Assembly (NCBI GenBank): GCA_038087875.1
Contig: JAXLNO010000531.1
Location: forward strand, 1 to 36,481
Origin: Malacoraja senta
Taxonomy: Eukaryota
Direction: 5' to 3'
DNA: 36,481 bases
Positions 23,216 through 33,171 of the stretch are shown one piece after another (positions within the stretch are counted from its first letter, which is position 1; each line of letters starts with the position of its first letter). The position numbers and the translations under genes were made by a program. The notes beneath the pieces were generated by a model. The model was not told the DNA's origin, ran no database searches, and saw nothing but the letters and a program-made list of their open reading frames with translations.

Positions 23216-23399
23216 CATATTTTGTACAGCAGCTCCAACATGTCCCTACTAACTCTTGTACTCAATGCTCTGACTGATGAAGGCGAGCAAGCTTGACAAA
23301 CTGCTGCTGCTGCTTCATCTCCCTGTCTGTCTATCTGTGTGTTATCACTTTCAGAGAATCATGCAATCGTACTATTCTCTCCCCCCCCTCTCATTCTCT

Positions 23400-23832
23400 C
23401 AGTAAGTTTGTAGACAGCAGCAGCAGCAGCAGCAAAATTGGTGATGTACAGGATTTTAAAAGCGACTGACTCTCTGAAATTGCAGCAGGGTCCAGATCAA
23501 CTGGAAATGTGGGCCAAGGAATGTCAGAATGAATTTAACTTGGACAAGTGCAAAGTGGGAAGTTAAATCAGTGCAGCAGCAGCGGCACTTACACTGTAAA
23601 TGGCAGCAGAGCCCCAGAGAATGTTGTGGGAGGACACAGAGACTGCCGAATAGTACGAGTTCATGATTCTCTGAAAGTGATAACACAGATAGACAGACAG
23701 GGTGATAAAGAAGCAGTTTGTCAAGCTTGTCTTCATCAGTCAGAGCATTGAGTACAAGACCTGGGACATCATATGTCTATGTCTATCATGTTAGAGATGT
23801 ACAACAAATGTTGGTGAGGCAACACTTGAAGT
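23400..23832 (+). mobile_element. Decayed CR1 RT C-terminal fragment
   Basis: AGTAAGTTTG..AAAATTGGTG..TTGCAGCAGG..TGGGCCAAGGAATG..AATTTAA..GACAAGTG..CATTGAGTACAAGA..TTGGTGAGGC. Confidence 0.65.
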
Positions 23833-24019
23833 GTTGGGGGGGGGAGGGAGGAGGGAGAGAGAGGGGAGGGAGAGAGACAGAGAAAGAGGGGGAGAGAGAA
23901 TGGGGGAGAGAGGGAGGGGGGTAGAGAGCAAAAAAACAAAAAGCTGGAATGGGAGCAGAGAAGATTTACGGACATTATGCGTTGAAGAGACTGGTTTCTG
24001 GACGGCTGACGGGGCGGTA

Positions 24020-24312
24020 TCGACGTGGGCTGAAGGGTCTTTTTGCGTTGGGTCGTGGGGCTAGTACAGCCATTGCAGGCCGATGGGCCCTTTCTTGGGC
24101 TAGTAGGGCGTTGTGGGCCAAAGGACTGTTTTGGGGATGGTTGTGGGGGTTAGAATGGATGGCTCCAATCCAGTTGAAGGGCTAGTATGCCCATTGTGGG
24201 CCGAATATACTTTTATTTGGCAAGTACAGGTGTTGTGGGCCGCAGGGACTTGTTTCCGAACGGCTAGTACTGACATTGTGGAAAGATAGGGCTGTTATTG
24301 AGCCATGGGGCT
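24020..24312 (+). repeat. Degenerate ~40-bp minisatellite resembling the CR1/HE1 3' tail (GGGCTAGTA..TTGTGGGCCGAAGGG..)
   Basis: Recurrent GGCTAGTA and TGTGGGCC motifs, about 7 units. Confidence 0.6.
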
Positions 24313-24997
24313 GCATATATTGCAATTTAGCATATCCCTCTGACAGGCTAAGTGGAATTACATTTCCCTCTGGCAAAATGGTTTCTTTGCATTCTGGGCA
24401 TCAGTTTAAGTATCCATCCCACTGCTGAAGTTAATAAGTCAGCAAATATTGGTCGGTCGGCAATGTTGTATACCCAACATTTCACGTGACTTTTGAGTTT
24501 GCCAGTGGGTTTTCTGGATTTAGTAGTAAACTGTCACCAGAATGATACACTACAGATATGTATGGAGGCAAGAATAATTTCTTATCATTTCTGGAGATGG
24601 TTGGCAATTTCTTTCATTATTTATAGCACAACATGAATTCTGAAGAATTCCAAAGATCACAGTGAGGTCAGGAAAAACTTGCTTTATTTGTTACGTAAGG
24701 CACAAATGCGTCAAGACTTTCATTTGAAAAAATACTTTAAAATGTCTAAATTTTTGGGCCAGTGGCAGCCAGCTGGTACTGTGAGCAGTCGGCTGTGTGC
24801 AGTTTGGCTCACTTTTGCATTTTCACTTGGGTACAGTATGAATGAGAAGATGCTGGTACTGTTGATGGTCTTCTCGACAGGGCCAAGGAGGGCTTATATT
24901 AGGAACACTTCTCCATCCGCTTCCCACCACGGATGGCTGACCTGCAGAGTTCTACTGGCACTTTGGAGGGGATGGCAGGCAACGTGTCGGGTCTGGA

Positions 24998-27900
24998 CCC
25001 TTCTTTGGACTGATGGTCGGGGGAGAAAGCTGGAAAAAAGAGATGGGGTTGGGACAGACTCCAGGACTTGATTAGGAGGGGGAGTCTCCTTAATTTGGAG
25101 AATTCCATGTTCATGTCATTGGGCTGTAAGCTATGAGGTGTTGTTCCTCCAGTTTGCGTCCGTGTCACCTCACTCTGGCAATGGAGGAGCCCCAGGACAG
25201 AAACATCAGTGTGGGAGTGGGAAGGGGAGTTAAAATGGTTGGGAACCAGGAGATTCAGCAGGCCTTGGCGGACCGAGCGCAAGTGTAGGGTGAAATGCAC
25301 GTCTAGTCTAGATACAAGGAACAGCAGATGCCGGTTTACAAAGAGAGACACAATCTCCTGGAGTAACTTGCACCTCAGGAGAGCATGGACAGGTGACATT
25401 CTAGGTCGGGACCCTTCTTCAGACTGCTTGGTGTGGGGGGTGGAGAAAGTTGGAAAGGAGAGGGGGGAGTGGCCGCCTTAGATTCCCTTCCCTCTACAGA
25501 TGCGGCCTGACCCACTGAGCTCCTCCACTGCTTTCGAGGGTGTGGACAGACAACGTTTTGAGTCAGGACCCTTCTTCAGACTGATTGGAGAGAGTGGGGG
25601 GAGGAAGCTGGAAAAGAGAGATGGGGGCTGGACAAAGCCTGGCAAGTGATAGGTGACACAAAATACTGGAGTAACTCAGCGGGACAGGCAGCATCTCTAG
25701 AGAGAAGAAATGGGTGACGTTTCAGGTTGAGACCCTTCTTCAGAAATGATAGGTGGATATAGGTGAGGGAGACACAAGAAACTGCAGATGCTGGAGTCTT
25801 GCATGGAACATAATTTAGTTAGATGCACAAAATCCGTTGCCCAGAGTGGGGGAATCGAGGACCAGAGGACATGGGTTCAAGATGAAGAGGAAAAAATTTA
25901 ATAAGAATCTGAGGAGCAATTTTTTTCAAGAGGGTGGTGGGTGTATAGATCAAGCTTGCAGAGGAGGCAGTTGAGGCTGAGACTATCCCAATGATTAAGA
26001 AACTGTCATACAGGTACATGGATAGTGTAGCCAGGACATGTTGGTCAGTGTGGGCCAGTTGGTCCGATGGGCCTGTATCCACACTGTATGACTAACACAA
26101 AGTGCTGCAGTAACTCGGCAGGACAGGCAGCATAGAAACATAGAAAATAGGTGCAGGAGGAGGCCATTCGGCCCTTCGAGCCTGCACCGCCATTCAATAT
26201 GATCATGGCTGATCATCCAATTCAGCATCTGTGGACAGGTGACATGGATAGGTGACATTTCGGGACAGGACCCTTCTTCAGACTGACACGATGTTAACAG
26301 ATGAGGGGGTGTTCGGCAGATGAGTGGAGTGACAGAGGCGAGAGAAAATAAGGAGATAAAAGGGTGTGAGATAAGGAGAGAGGAATGTATATGTGCAGCT
26401 TTAAGGGACATTGGTCAGGTAGCATTTGGAGTATTGCATACAGTTCTGGTCACTCCATTACAGGACTGATGTGGAGGCTTTGGGGAAGGTGCAGAGATGG
26501 TTGACCAGAATGGTTTAAAAACAAGGAACTGCATATGCTGATTTACATAAAAGGACACCAAATGCTGGAGTAACTCAGCGGGACATGTAGCATCTCTGGA
26601 GAGAAGGAATGGGTGATGTTTCTGGTTGAGTCTGAAGAGGGTCGCAACCTGAAACATTACCCATTCCTTCCAGAATGTTGTGGCATCCCAAACAGTCCCT
26701 TTTTTGGACTGATGGAGTTGGGGGAGAAAGCTGGATAAAAGGGATGGGGTCGGGACAGACTCCAGGACTTGATTAGGGGTGGGGGGGTCTCCTTAATTTG
26801 GAGAATTCAATGTTCATGTCATTGGGCTGTAAGCTATGAGGTGCTGTTCCTCCAGTTTGCGTGTCACCTCACTCTGGCAATGGAAGAGGCCCAGGACAGA
26901 AACATCAGTGTGGTAGTGGGAAGGAGAGTTAAAATGGTTGGCAACCGGGAGATCCAGCAGGCATTGGAGGACAGAGCGCAAGTGTAGAGTGAAATGCTGG
27001 AGTACACAGCGGGACAGGTAGCATATCCAGAGAGAATGAATAGGTGACGTTTCAGGTTGAGACCATTATTTAGAAATGACAGGTGAGACAAGAAACTGCA
27101 AATGCTGGAATCTTGCATCAAACACAATTTAGTTAGATGCTCAAAACCTCTTGCCCAGTGTGGGAATCGAGGACCAGAGGACATGGGTTCAAGGTGAAGG
27201 GGAAAAGATTTAATAGGAATCTGAGAGGTAACTTTTTCACACAGATGGTGGTGGGTGTATGGAACGAGCTGCCAGAGGAGGTAGTTGAGGCTGGGACTAT
27301 CCCAACGTTTAAGAAACAGTTAGACGGGTATATTGGAGTGATATAGATGCAACGCAGGCAGGTGGGACTAGTGTGGCTGGGACATGTTGGTAGGTGTTGG
27401 CCAGTTGGGCCGAAGGGCCTATATCCACGCTGTATGACTCTAACATGAAGTGCTGCACTACCTCGGCGGGTCAGGCAGCATCTGTGGAGAACATGGATAG
27501 GTGACGTTTTACAGAGCTCTGGAGTAACTCGGCGGGTCAGGCAGCATCTGTGGATAATATGGATAGGTGACGTTTCACAGAGTGTTGGAGTAACTCAGCG
27601 GGTCTGGCAGCATCTGTGGAGAACATGGATAGGTGATGTTTCACACAGTGTTGGAGTAACTCAGCGGGTCAGGCAGCATCTGTGGTGAACATGGATAGGT
27701 GACATTTCGGGTCAGGACCCTTCTTCACACTGACACTATGTTAACAGATGAGCGGGTGATCGGCAGATGAGTGGAGTAAGTGACAGAGGCGAGAGAAAAT
27801 AAGGAAATAAAAGGGCGTGAGATAAGGAGAGAAGAATGTATATGTGCAGTTTTAAGGGACATTGGTCAGGTAGCATTTGGAGTATTACTGATCACTGAAT

Positions 27901-28137
27901 TACAGGACTGATGTGGAGGCTTTGGGGAAGGTGCAGAGATGGTTAACCAGAATGGTTTAAAAACAATGAACTGCCGATGCTGGTTTACAAAAAAAGGACA
28001 CAAAATGCTGGAGTATCTCAGCGGGACAAGCAGCATCTCTGGAGAGAAGGAATGGGTGACATTTCGGGTCGAGACTGAAGATGGTCTCGACCAGAACGTT
28101 ACCCATTCCTTCCAGCATTTTGTGTCTACCTAAACAG
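24998..28137. repeat. Tandem duplication of a composite Penelope/CR1 block (copy A ~24998-26695, copy B ~26697-28137)
   Basis: Same order and same junctions of unrelated repeats in both copies, e.g. GGGACAGACTCCAGGACTTGATTAGG, AATTTAGTTAGATGC, TGTATATGTGCAG..TAAGGGACATTGGTCAGGTAGCATTTGGAG. Confidence 0.9.
27445..27715. repeat. ~66-bp tandem repeat (4 units) of the Penelope terminal-repeat sequence
   Basis: TGGAGTAACTCAGCGGGTCAGGCAGCATCTGTGGAGAACATGGATAGGTGACGTTTCACAGAG units; a related 56-bp array lies at 33665-33885. Confidence 0.88.
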
Positions 28138-29349
28138 CGCCGATCGACGTGGCGGTGTGCCAGCAGGCTGGAGGAGCGGGCAAAGGCCTTGCCACAGAGC
28201 GGGCAGGTGAAGGGGCGCTGGCCGATGTGGACTTGCTGGTGCTCCAACAGGTGGTCAAGGCAGGTGAAGCCCTTACCATAGGACGGGCAGGGGAATGGAC
28301 GCTCACCGCTGGGGGTACGCTGGTGCTGCCACAGGCTGGACATGTGGGTGAAACCCTTGCCACAAAGGTTCTCTCTCCGGTGAGTATCCGCTGGTGAAAC
28401 CCTCGCACACAAAGGTTCTCTCTCCGGTGAGTATCCGCTGGTGCTCCCGCAGCCCCCATGCTCTCTTGTCACAGTGGGAGCAGCTGCTCGCCGGCGTGGG
28501 TTCGCCGGTGCTGCCGCAACCCCCGCGAACTGTCAAACTCACCGCAGTACGGGCAGTCGTAGGCTGGCCACTGGTGTGCACGCGCTGGTGAGGCAGGGCG
28601 TGGGAGGCCATGGCAAAGCGCTCTGCACACTCCGGGTTGGAGACGTGACGGTCGTCGGCGTGCACCTGCTGGTGGGACAGCAGCCTCGTGGAGCTGAAGC
28701 CCTTGCCGCACTGGGCGCAGGTGTAGGGGCGCTCGCCGGTGTGGATGCGCTGGTGCTTCAGCAGGGTGCTGGACTGGGTGAAGCCCTTGCCGCAGTCGCT
28801 GCAGGTGTAGGGACGCTCCCCGGTGTGAGTGCGCTGATGGTACAGCAGGCTGGTGGACTGGGTGAAGCCCTTGCCACACTGGACGCAGGTGTAGGGGCGC
28901 TTGCCACTGTGGGTGCGCTGGTGCTCCAGCAGGTTGTTGGACTGGGTGAAGCCCTTGCTGCAGTCGCTACAGGTGTAGGGACGCTCCCCGGTGTGCAGAC
29001 ACCTGTGTCTCTTCAGGTGCGGGTATGACTTGAAGCTTTTGCCAGTCAGAGCAGGTGAAGGGCCGCTCACTGCTGTGCACCTGCCGGTGCACCTGCAGCC
29101 CCGCGACTGGGTAAAGCTCTTGCCGCAGTCGGAGCAGTTGAAGGGGCGTTCACCCGTGTGCTCCCGCCGGTGGGTGTTCAGCTGTTGCGCCATCTTGAAA
29201 CTCTTGCCGAAGTCGCAGCAGTCAAAGGGGCGTTCTCCCGTGTGCACCTGCTGGTGGATGTTCAGCAGGCTCGGGTACGGCCAGGCCCTGCCACACACGT
29301 CGCACTCATAACGCTTCTCCTTGTTGTGCCCCGCCATGTGGTCCTCCAC
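28130..29349 (-). pseudogene. Multi-C2H2 (Kruppel-type) zinc-finger gene, coding exon with frameshifts and degenerate fingers
   Basis: Tandem C-x2-C-x12-H-x3-H fingers with TGERP linkers. First ATG at 29337 (GTG at 29349). Finger 2 lacks a Cys; fingers 3-4 are garbled by -1/-2 deletions; another shift occurs ~28562; further fingers lie in other frames down to 28130. Splice acceptor CCCCTCCTGCAG|G at 29432/29431. Confidence 0.85.
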
Positions 29350-29699
29350 TAAAGCTCAGCTCCTCACCCTGGCCGCCCTCAATGGCTGCTCACGTCCCCG
29401 TCTCTCCGTCCACAGCAACGGCTCCTAAACCCTGCAGGAGGGGAACACAGAGGGTCAACAAGCTGGCTAACAGGACATTACTAACGTGTGAACATTGCTG
29501 GTGCTTGAAGGGGGGTAGGTGGAGGGTGGTGAGGAGGCAAAGGGGGGAAGTGGGGAAGGGAGATGAGGGCGGTGGAAGTGAGGGGAGGGGAGAAGGGAGA
29601 GGGGTTATGAGGGGAGAGGTAGTTGAGTGATGGGGTGAGAGGAGGGGGGAGGGGGAGAAGGGAGGGGGTGAGGAAGCAAGTGGGAGAAGGGGGGGCTGC

Positions 29700-29800
29700 A
29701 CGACCAGTGCGCTGACGTCACCGCCAATCCGAGGGGGACTGCCGGCCACGCACCCTGCCATTGCGCAGTCACGTGGGGGGCGGCGTGCATCCTGGTAAGT
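29700..29800. promoter_or_regulatory. Promoter-like motif cluster
   Basis: CRE TGACGTCA 29713-29720, CCAAT 29724-29728, E-box GTCACGTG 29768-29775, GC box GGGGCGG 29777-29783, in CpG-rich context. Confidence 0.6.
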
Positions 29801-29859
29801 CACACAGTGCTGGAGTCACTCAGCGGGTTGGGCAGCTTCTGTGGAGAGAGGGAATGTGT

Positions 29860-29887
29860 GACGTTTCGGGTCGAGACCCTTCTTCAG
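29860..29887 (-). ncRNA. Minimal hammerhead-ribozyme-like core in a Penelope terminal repeat (best-preserved copy)
   Basis: Reverse complement CTGAAGA-A-GGGTCTCGACCC-GAAAC-GTC: CUGANGA, stem II, GAAA, palindromic ACGT, GUC. Stem I is weak. Confidence 0.55.
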
Positions 29888-30139
29888 TTTGATGGGAGGT
29901 ACAGAGATAAGGAAGTGTAAGGAGTGAAAACAGGACAAATGGAATGGAGTTCAAGGAAAATGTAGAATAGATCAGTTAGTTGGAAGAAGGTAACAGGCAA
30001 TAGGTGCAGGAGTAGGCCATTCAGCCCATCGAGCCAGCACCGCCATTCAATATAATCATGGCTGATCATCCAGAATCCCGTTCCTGCTTTTTCCCCATAT
30101 CCCTTGATTCCGTTAGACTTAGAGCTAAATCTCTTGAAA

Positions 30140-30830
30140 ATCTCCGGCTCGGCTCTGCTCCAGCTCCCGGGAGGCCTATTCCTGGGCGGGCCGGGGACCG
30201 TCGGCTGCGCCTCTCGCCTTCTCCAGTGGATGTCGGTTGGCCGCCTCGGTGCCGCCGTGGGCCGAGCGCCGGTCATGCACACGGGGAGCTGCGGTGGCTC
30301 GGCGGGTCAGGCAACATCTCTGGAGAAGGGTCTCGACCCGAAACGTCACCCATTCCTTTTCTCCGGGGATGTTGCCTGTCCCGCTGAGTTGCTGCAGTGT
30401 CTTGTGTCCCCGTTGATGGCTGGTGCTCGGCTTTCACGGCGTCCGGGGCAGTTGGCCGGCGGCCGCTGGGTGGAGCGGCGAGTGAGGCTGGCGGTTACCG
30501 GCTCGTCGGGGAACGGGTTCCTCGGGAGTTGGAGCGGGTTGGGGCTGGGGTTGGCATTTCTTCTCCGCGCTGGATGTGACCTGGGGCCGCCGCTGCTCCG
30601 GGACGGTGTCCGTCGTCCTGGGTCGCCTCGGACATCTCCGGCCGGCCCCCGGGCGTGGATGGGACACTCGGGGGGACGGGGACCGTCCAGTGACGGTTCG
30701 GCAGCGCTTGCGGCGCCGGGGACCCGGGTTGGATCCTGGCTGCGGATGAGGTGCGGGTCTGTGGGCGCGCAACAGCGCAGCTGCCGAGAATGTCTCTCCC
30801 CCTGTCACCCACTCGCATCTGCCCCCTCTC
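30140..30830. promoter_or_regulatory. CpG-island-like GC-rich segment upstream of the ZNF exon
   Basis: Dense undecayed CpGs against a CpG-depleted background; candidate minus-strand donor CCG|GTAACC at 30499/30498. Confidence 0.6.
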
Positions 30831-31204
30831 TCTCTCTCGCTGTTACACACCACTCTCCCGCTACCTGGCAACCCCACTCCTCAGATTAAATATATTTTTA
30901 CACATAAATTATGAATAAAGATAAGAATTTATACACAGGTTATACAGCCAGCACTTCGTTCGCTTTTTCTTTATAGCAAATGACCTTTGACAAATCAATG
31001 ATTCCTTGCAATTTTCGGTATACCAACTGGCTTATTGACCTCCACTGCCTTCTGAGGTAGAGAATTCCACAGATTAACAACTCTCTGTGTGAATGGCGGA
31101 ATAGACTTGATGGGCCAAATGACCTAATTCTGCTCCTATCACTTATGACGTTATAAAGGGAGAAACCTTGTCTCCGCGCTGAAGTCACACAAGTCTTGCA
31201 CTCA

Positions 31205-31335
31205 ACATTATTCTCTTTATCCCGTATCCGTACACTGCGGACGGATGGATTGTAATCATGTGTTGTCCATCCACTGACTGGTTAGCAAGCAACAAAAAAG
31301 CTTTTCACTGCACATGACAATAAACTAAACTCAAC
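31205..31335 (+). mobile_element. LINE 3' tail (Rex1/L2 type); similar tail at 33085-33175
   Basis: ..GCTTTTCACTG..CACATGACAATAAACTAAACT ending, similar to the TGACAATAA ends of the Rex1 copies. Confidence 0.6.
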
Positions 31336-31337
31336 CC

Positions 31338-31971
31338 TCCCACCGGCAGGTGGCGATGCGGCCGGCTGACCAGAGACGCTGCACCGTGGCCTCGAGGCGC
31401 CAGGGGCGCTGCAGACAGAGGAACAAAGACAGTGCGCCGCGGCCTCCCGCCGTCAGATGACGCTGCAGACGGAGGACTACAGGTGCTGCACCGCGGCCTT
31501 CAACCGACAAGGTGCTGCACCATGGCCTCCCGCCGCCAGATGGTGCTACATTTGGAGGACCAGAGACTCTGCATCGTGGCCTCCCACCATCAGTGGGCGC
31601 TACTGTCGGAGGACCAGAGACGCTGCACCGCGACCTCCCACCGACAGGGGGTGCTACAGTCGGAGGACCAGAGGTGCTGCACCGTGGCCTTCAACCAACA
31701 GGGGGCGCTACAGTCGGAGGACCAGAGACGCTGCACCACTTCCTTCAAACAGGGGCGCTAAATTCGGAGGACCAGACGCTGCACCGCGGCCTTCAACCAA
31801 CAGGGGGCGCTACATTCGGAGGACCAGAGATGTTGCACCGCGGCCTTCAACCAACAGGGGATGCTAAATTCGGAGGACCAGACGCTGCACCGCGGCCTTC
31901 AACCAACAGGAGGCGCTACATTCGGAGGACCAGAGATGTTGCACCGCGGCCTTCAACCAACAGGGGACGCT
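31338..31971 (+). repeat. 54-bp GC-rich minisatellite (~12-13 units), each unit carrying a CTCF-like motif
   Basis: Unit CGGAGGACCAGAGACGCTGCACCGCGGCCTTCAACCAACAGGGGGCGCTACAGT; cores begin at 31533, 31587, 31641, 31695 (54-bp period), 31797, 31851, 31903, 31957. Confidence 0.93.
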
Positions 31972-32876
31972 TCTTCTTCTTCTTGCGAGCGAAACATAAA
32001 CCAAAGGAATAGTTAGATCTCAAGCCGGTGTTGAGGAGCCAGGTTGTTGTGTCCGTTGGCGTCAATGTCTGCCAGGCCCTGACGGAGCTCCATTTGGTGG
32101 GTGGTAGAGCGGGCACCCAGAGATGACATGGTTGGCTGTCTGTTGTTCTGCTCCACATTCACAGGCTGGGCTCTGGCGGAGTCCCCATCTCCACATGCTG
32201 CCGTTGAAATGCCCAACTCCAGTACCAAGTCTGTTGAGCTTCACCCGTGCTCCTCTGGGGAGCTCAGACCCTGGACAGCTTTTATCTGGTGAAGAGATGT
32301 AGCTGTGTAATGGAGATGAGGTTGCCTTCCACTCCTGTGACCACTTGGTGGGTATTCAGTGTGCTTTTGTCTCAGTTGGCTGGATGGATGCTAGTTGTTT
32401 CCATGTGGAGCAAAGGGGTGACGGGACTTCAGTCGTGATGGCCTCTGCTCTCTGCTGATAGCCTGATGGAGAAGGGGATCTGGGTCTATGGCACGACGAG
32501 ATAGTGCCAGAGTTGCTGCTTGCCTTCGGATCCCTGCAGGCAGAATGCCTGCAAGTATAGGGAGCTGCTCGACTGGAGTAGGTTGAAGGCACCCAGTGAT
32601 GATTCGCAAGGTGCTGTTCAGGCTCGTGTCTACCACCCTAGTATGTCTACTTCTACTCCATACGGGTGTGCAGTACACAGCTGGGGCATACACAAGAGCT
32701 AAGGCAGAGGTGTGAAGAGTTGATTGTTCCCCAACTTGTTCCTGCCAGGCGTTGGATGAGGCCGCTACGTGCCAGGACCTTGTCGCGGAGACCAGCCAGG
32801 TGTTGACGAAATGTAAGCGACCTGTCCAGCTTTACGTCGAGGTAAGTGGGTGTTGGTTTGAAGTCCAAGCACCTGT
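31971..32876 (-). mobile_element. Vingi/Ingi-like (I group) non-LTR retrotransposon, 5'-truncated
   Basis: PTYLDVKLDRSLTFRQHL..RLAGTSWG..YCTPVWSRS..LRIITGCLQPTP..LPILAGI..LNRLGTGVG..CECGAEQQTANHVISGC (CCHC finger); no RNase H seen; (GAA)n tail at 31971-31985. Confidence 0.78.
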
Positions 32877-32878
32877 TG

Positions 32879-33082
32879 GAGATACAGCACGGAAACAGGC
32901 CCTTCGGCCCACTGAGTCCGCGCCGACCAGCGATTGCCCGCACACAAACACTATCCTACACACACTAGGGACAATTTACATGTGGACTAAGCCAATTAAC
33001 CTACAAACCCGCACGTCTTTGGAGTGTGGGAGGAAACCGGAGCGCCCGGGAAAACTCACGCATGTCACGGGGAGAACATACC
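32879..33082 (-). mobile_element. HE1-type V-SINE (V domain plus CR1-like tail), 5'-truncated
   Basis: Reverse complement GTTCTCCCCGTGAC..GCTCCGGTTTCCTCCCACACTCCAAAGACGTG..AGGTTAATTGG..GGGCCGAAGGGCCTGTTTCCGTGCTGTATC. Confidence 0.85.
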
Positions 33083-33171
33083 TGCTGTCTGTGCAGTGTT
33101 TGCACATGTCCAGTCTTACCACCAACTGGATAGCACGCAATCTCCCTTGGTACACATGACAATAAACTAAA

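Noticed and set aside
24350..24530. Minus-strand peptide KCWVYNIADRPIFADLL resembling a tyrosine-kinase C-lobe motif
   Set aside because: Short match, flanking residues do not fit and no other kinase exons were seen; probably chance (TBLASTN would settle it).
28441..29311. Plus-strand ORFs over the ZNF exon
   Set aside because: Antisense shadows of GC-rich zinc-finger codons.
30104..30889. 261-aa plus-strand ORF
   Set aside because: Spans a CR1 tail, a Penelope repeat and GC-rich DNA with few stops; no recognisable domain.
31432..32012. ORFs with 18-aa repeats (LHRGLQPTGGATVGGPET)
   Set aside because: By-product of a 54-bp unit; 52-bp units shift the frame freely, so there is no sign of coding constraint.
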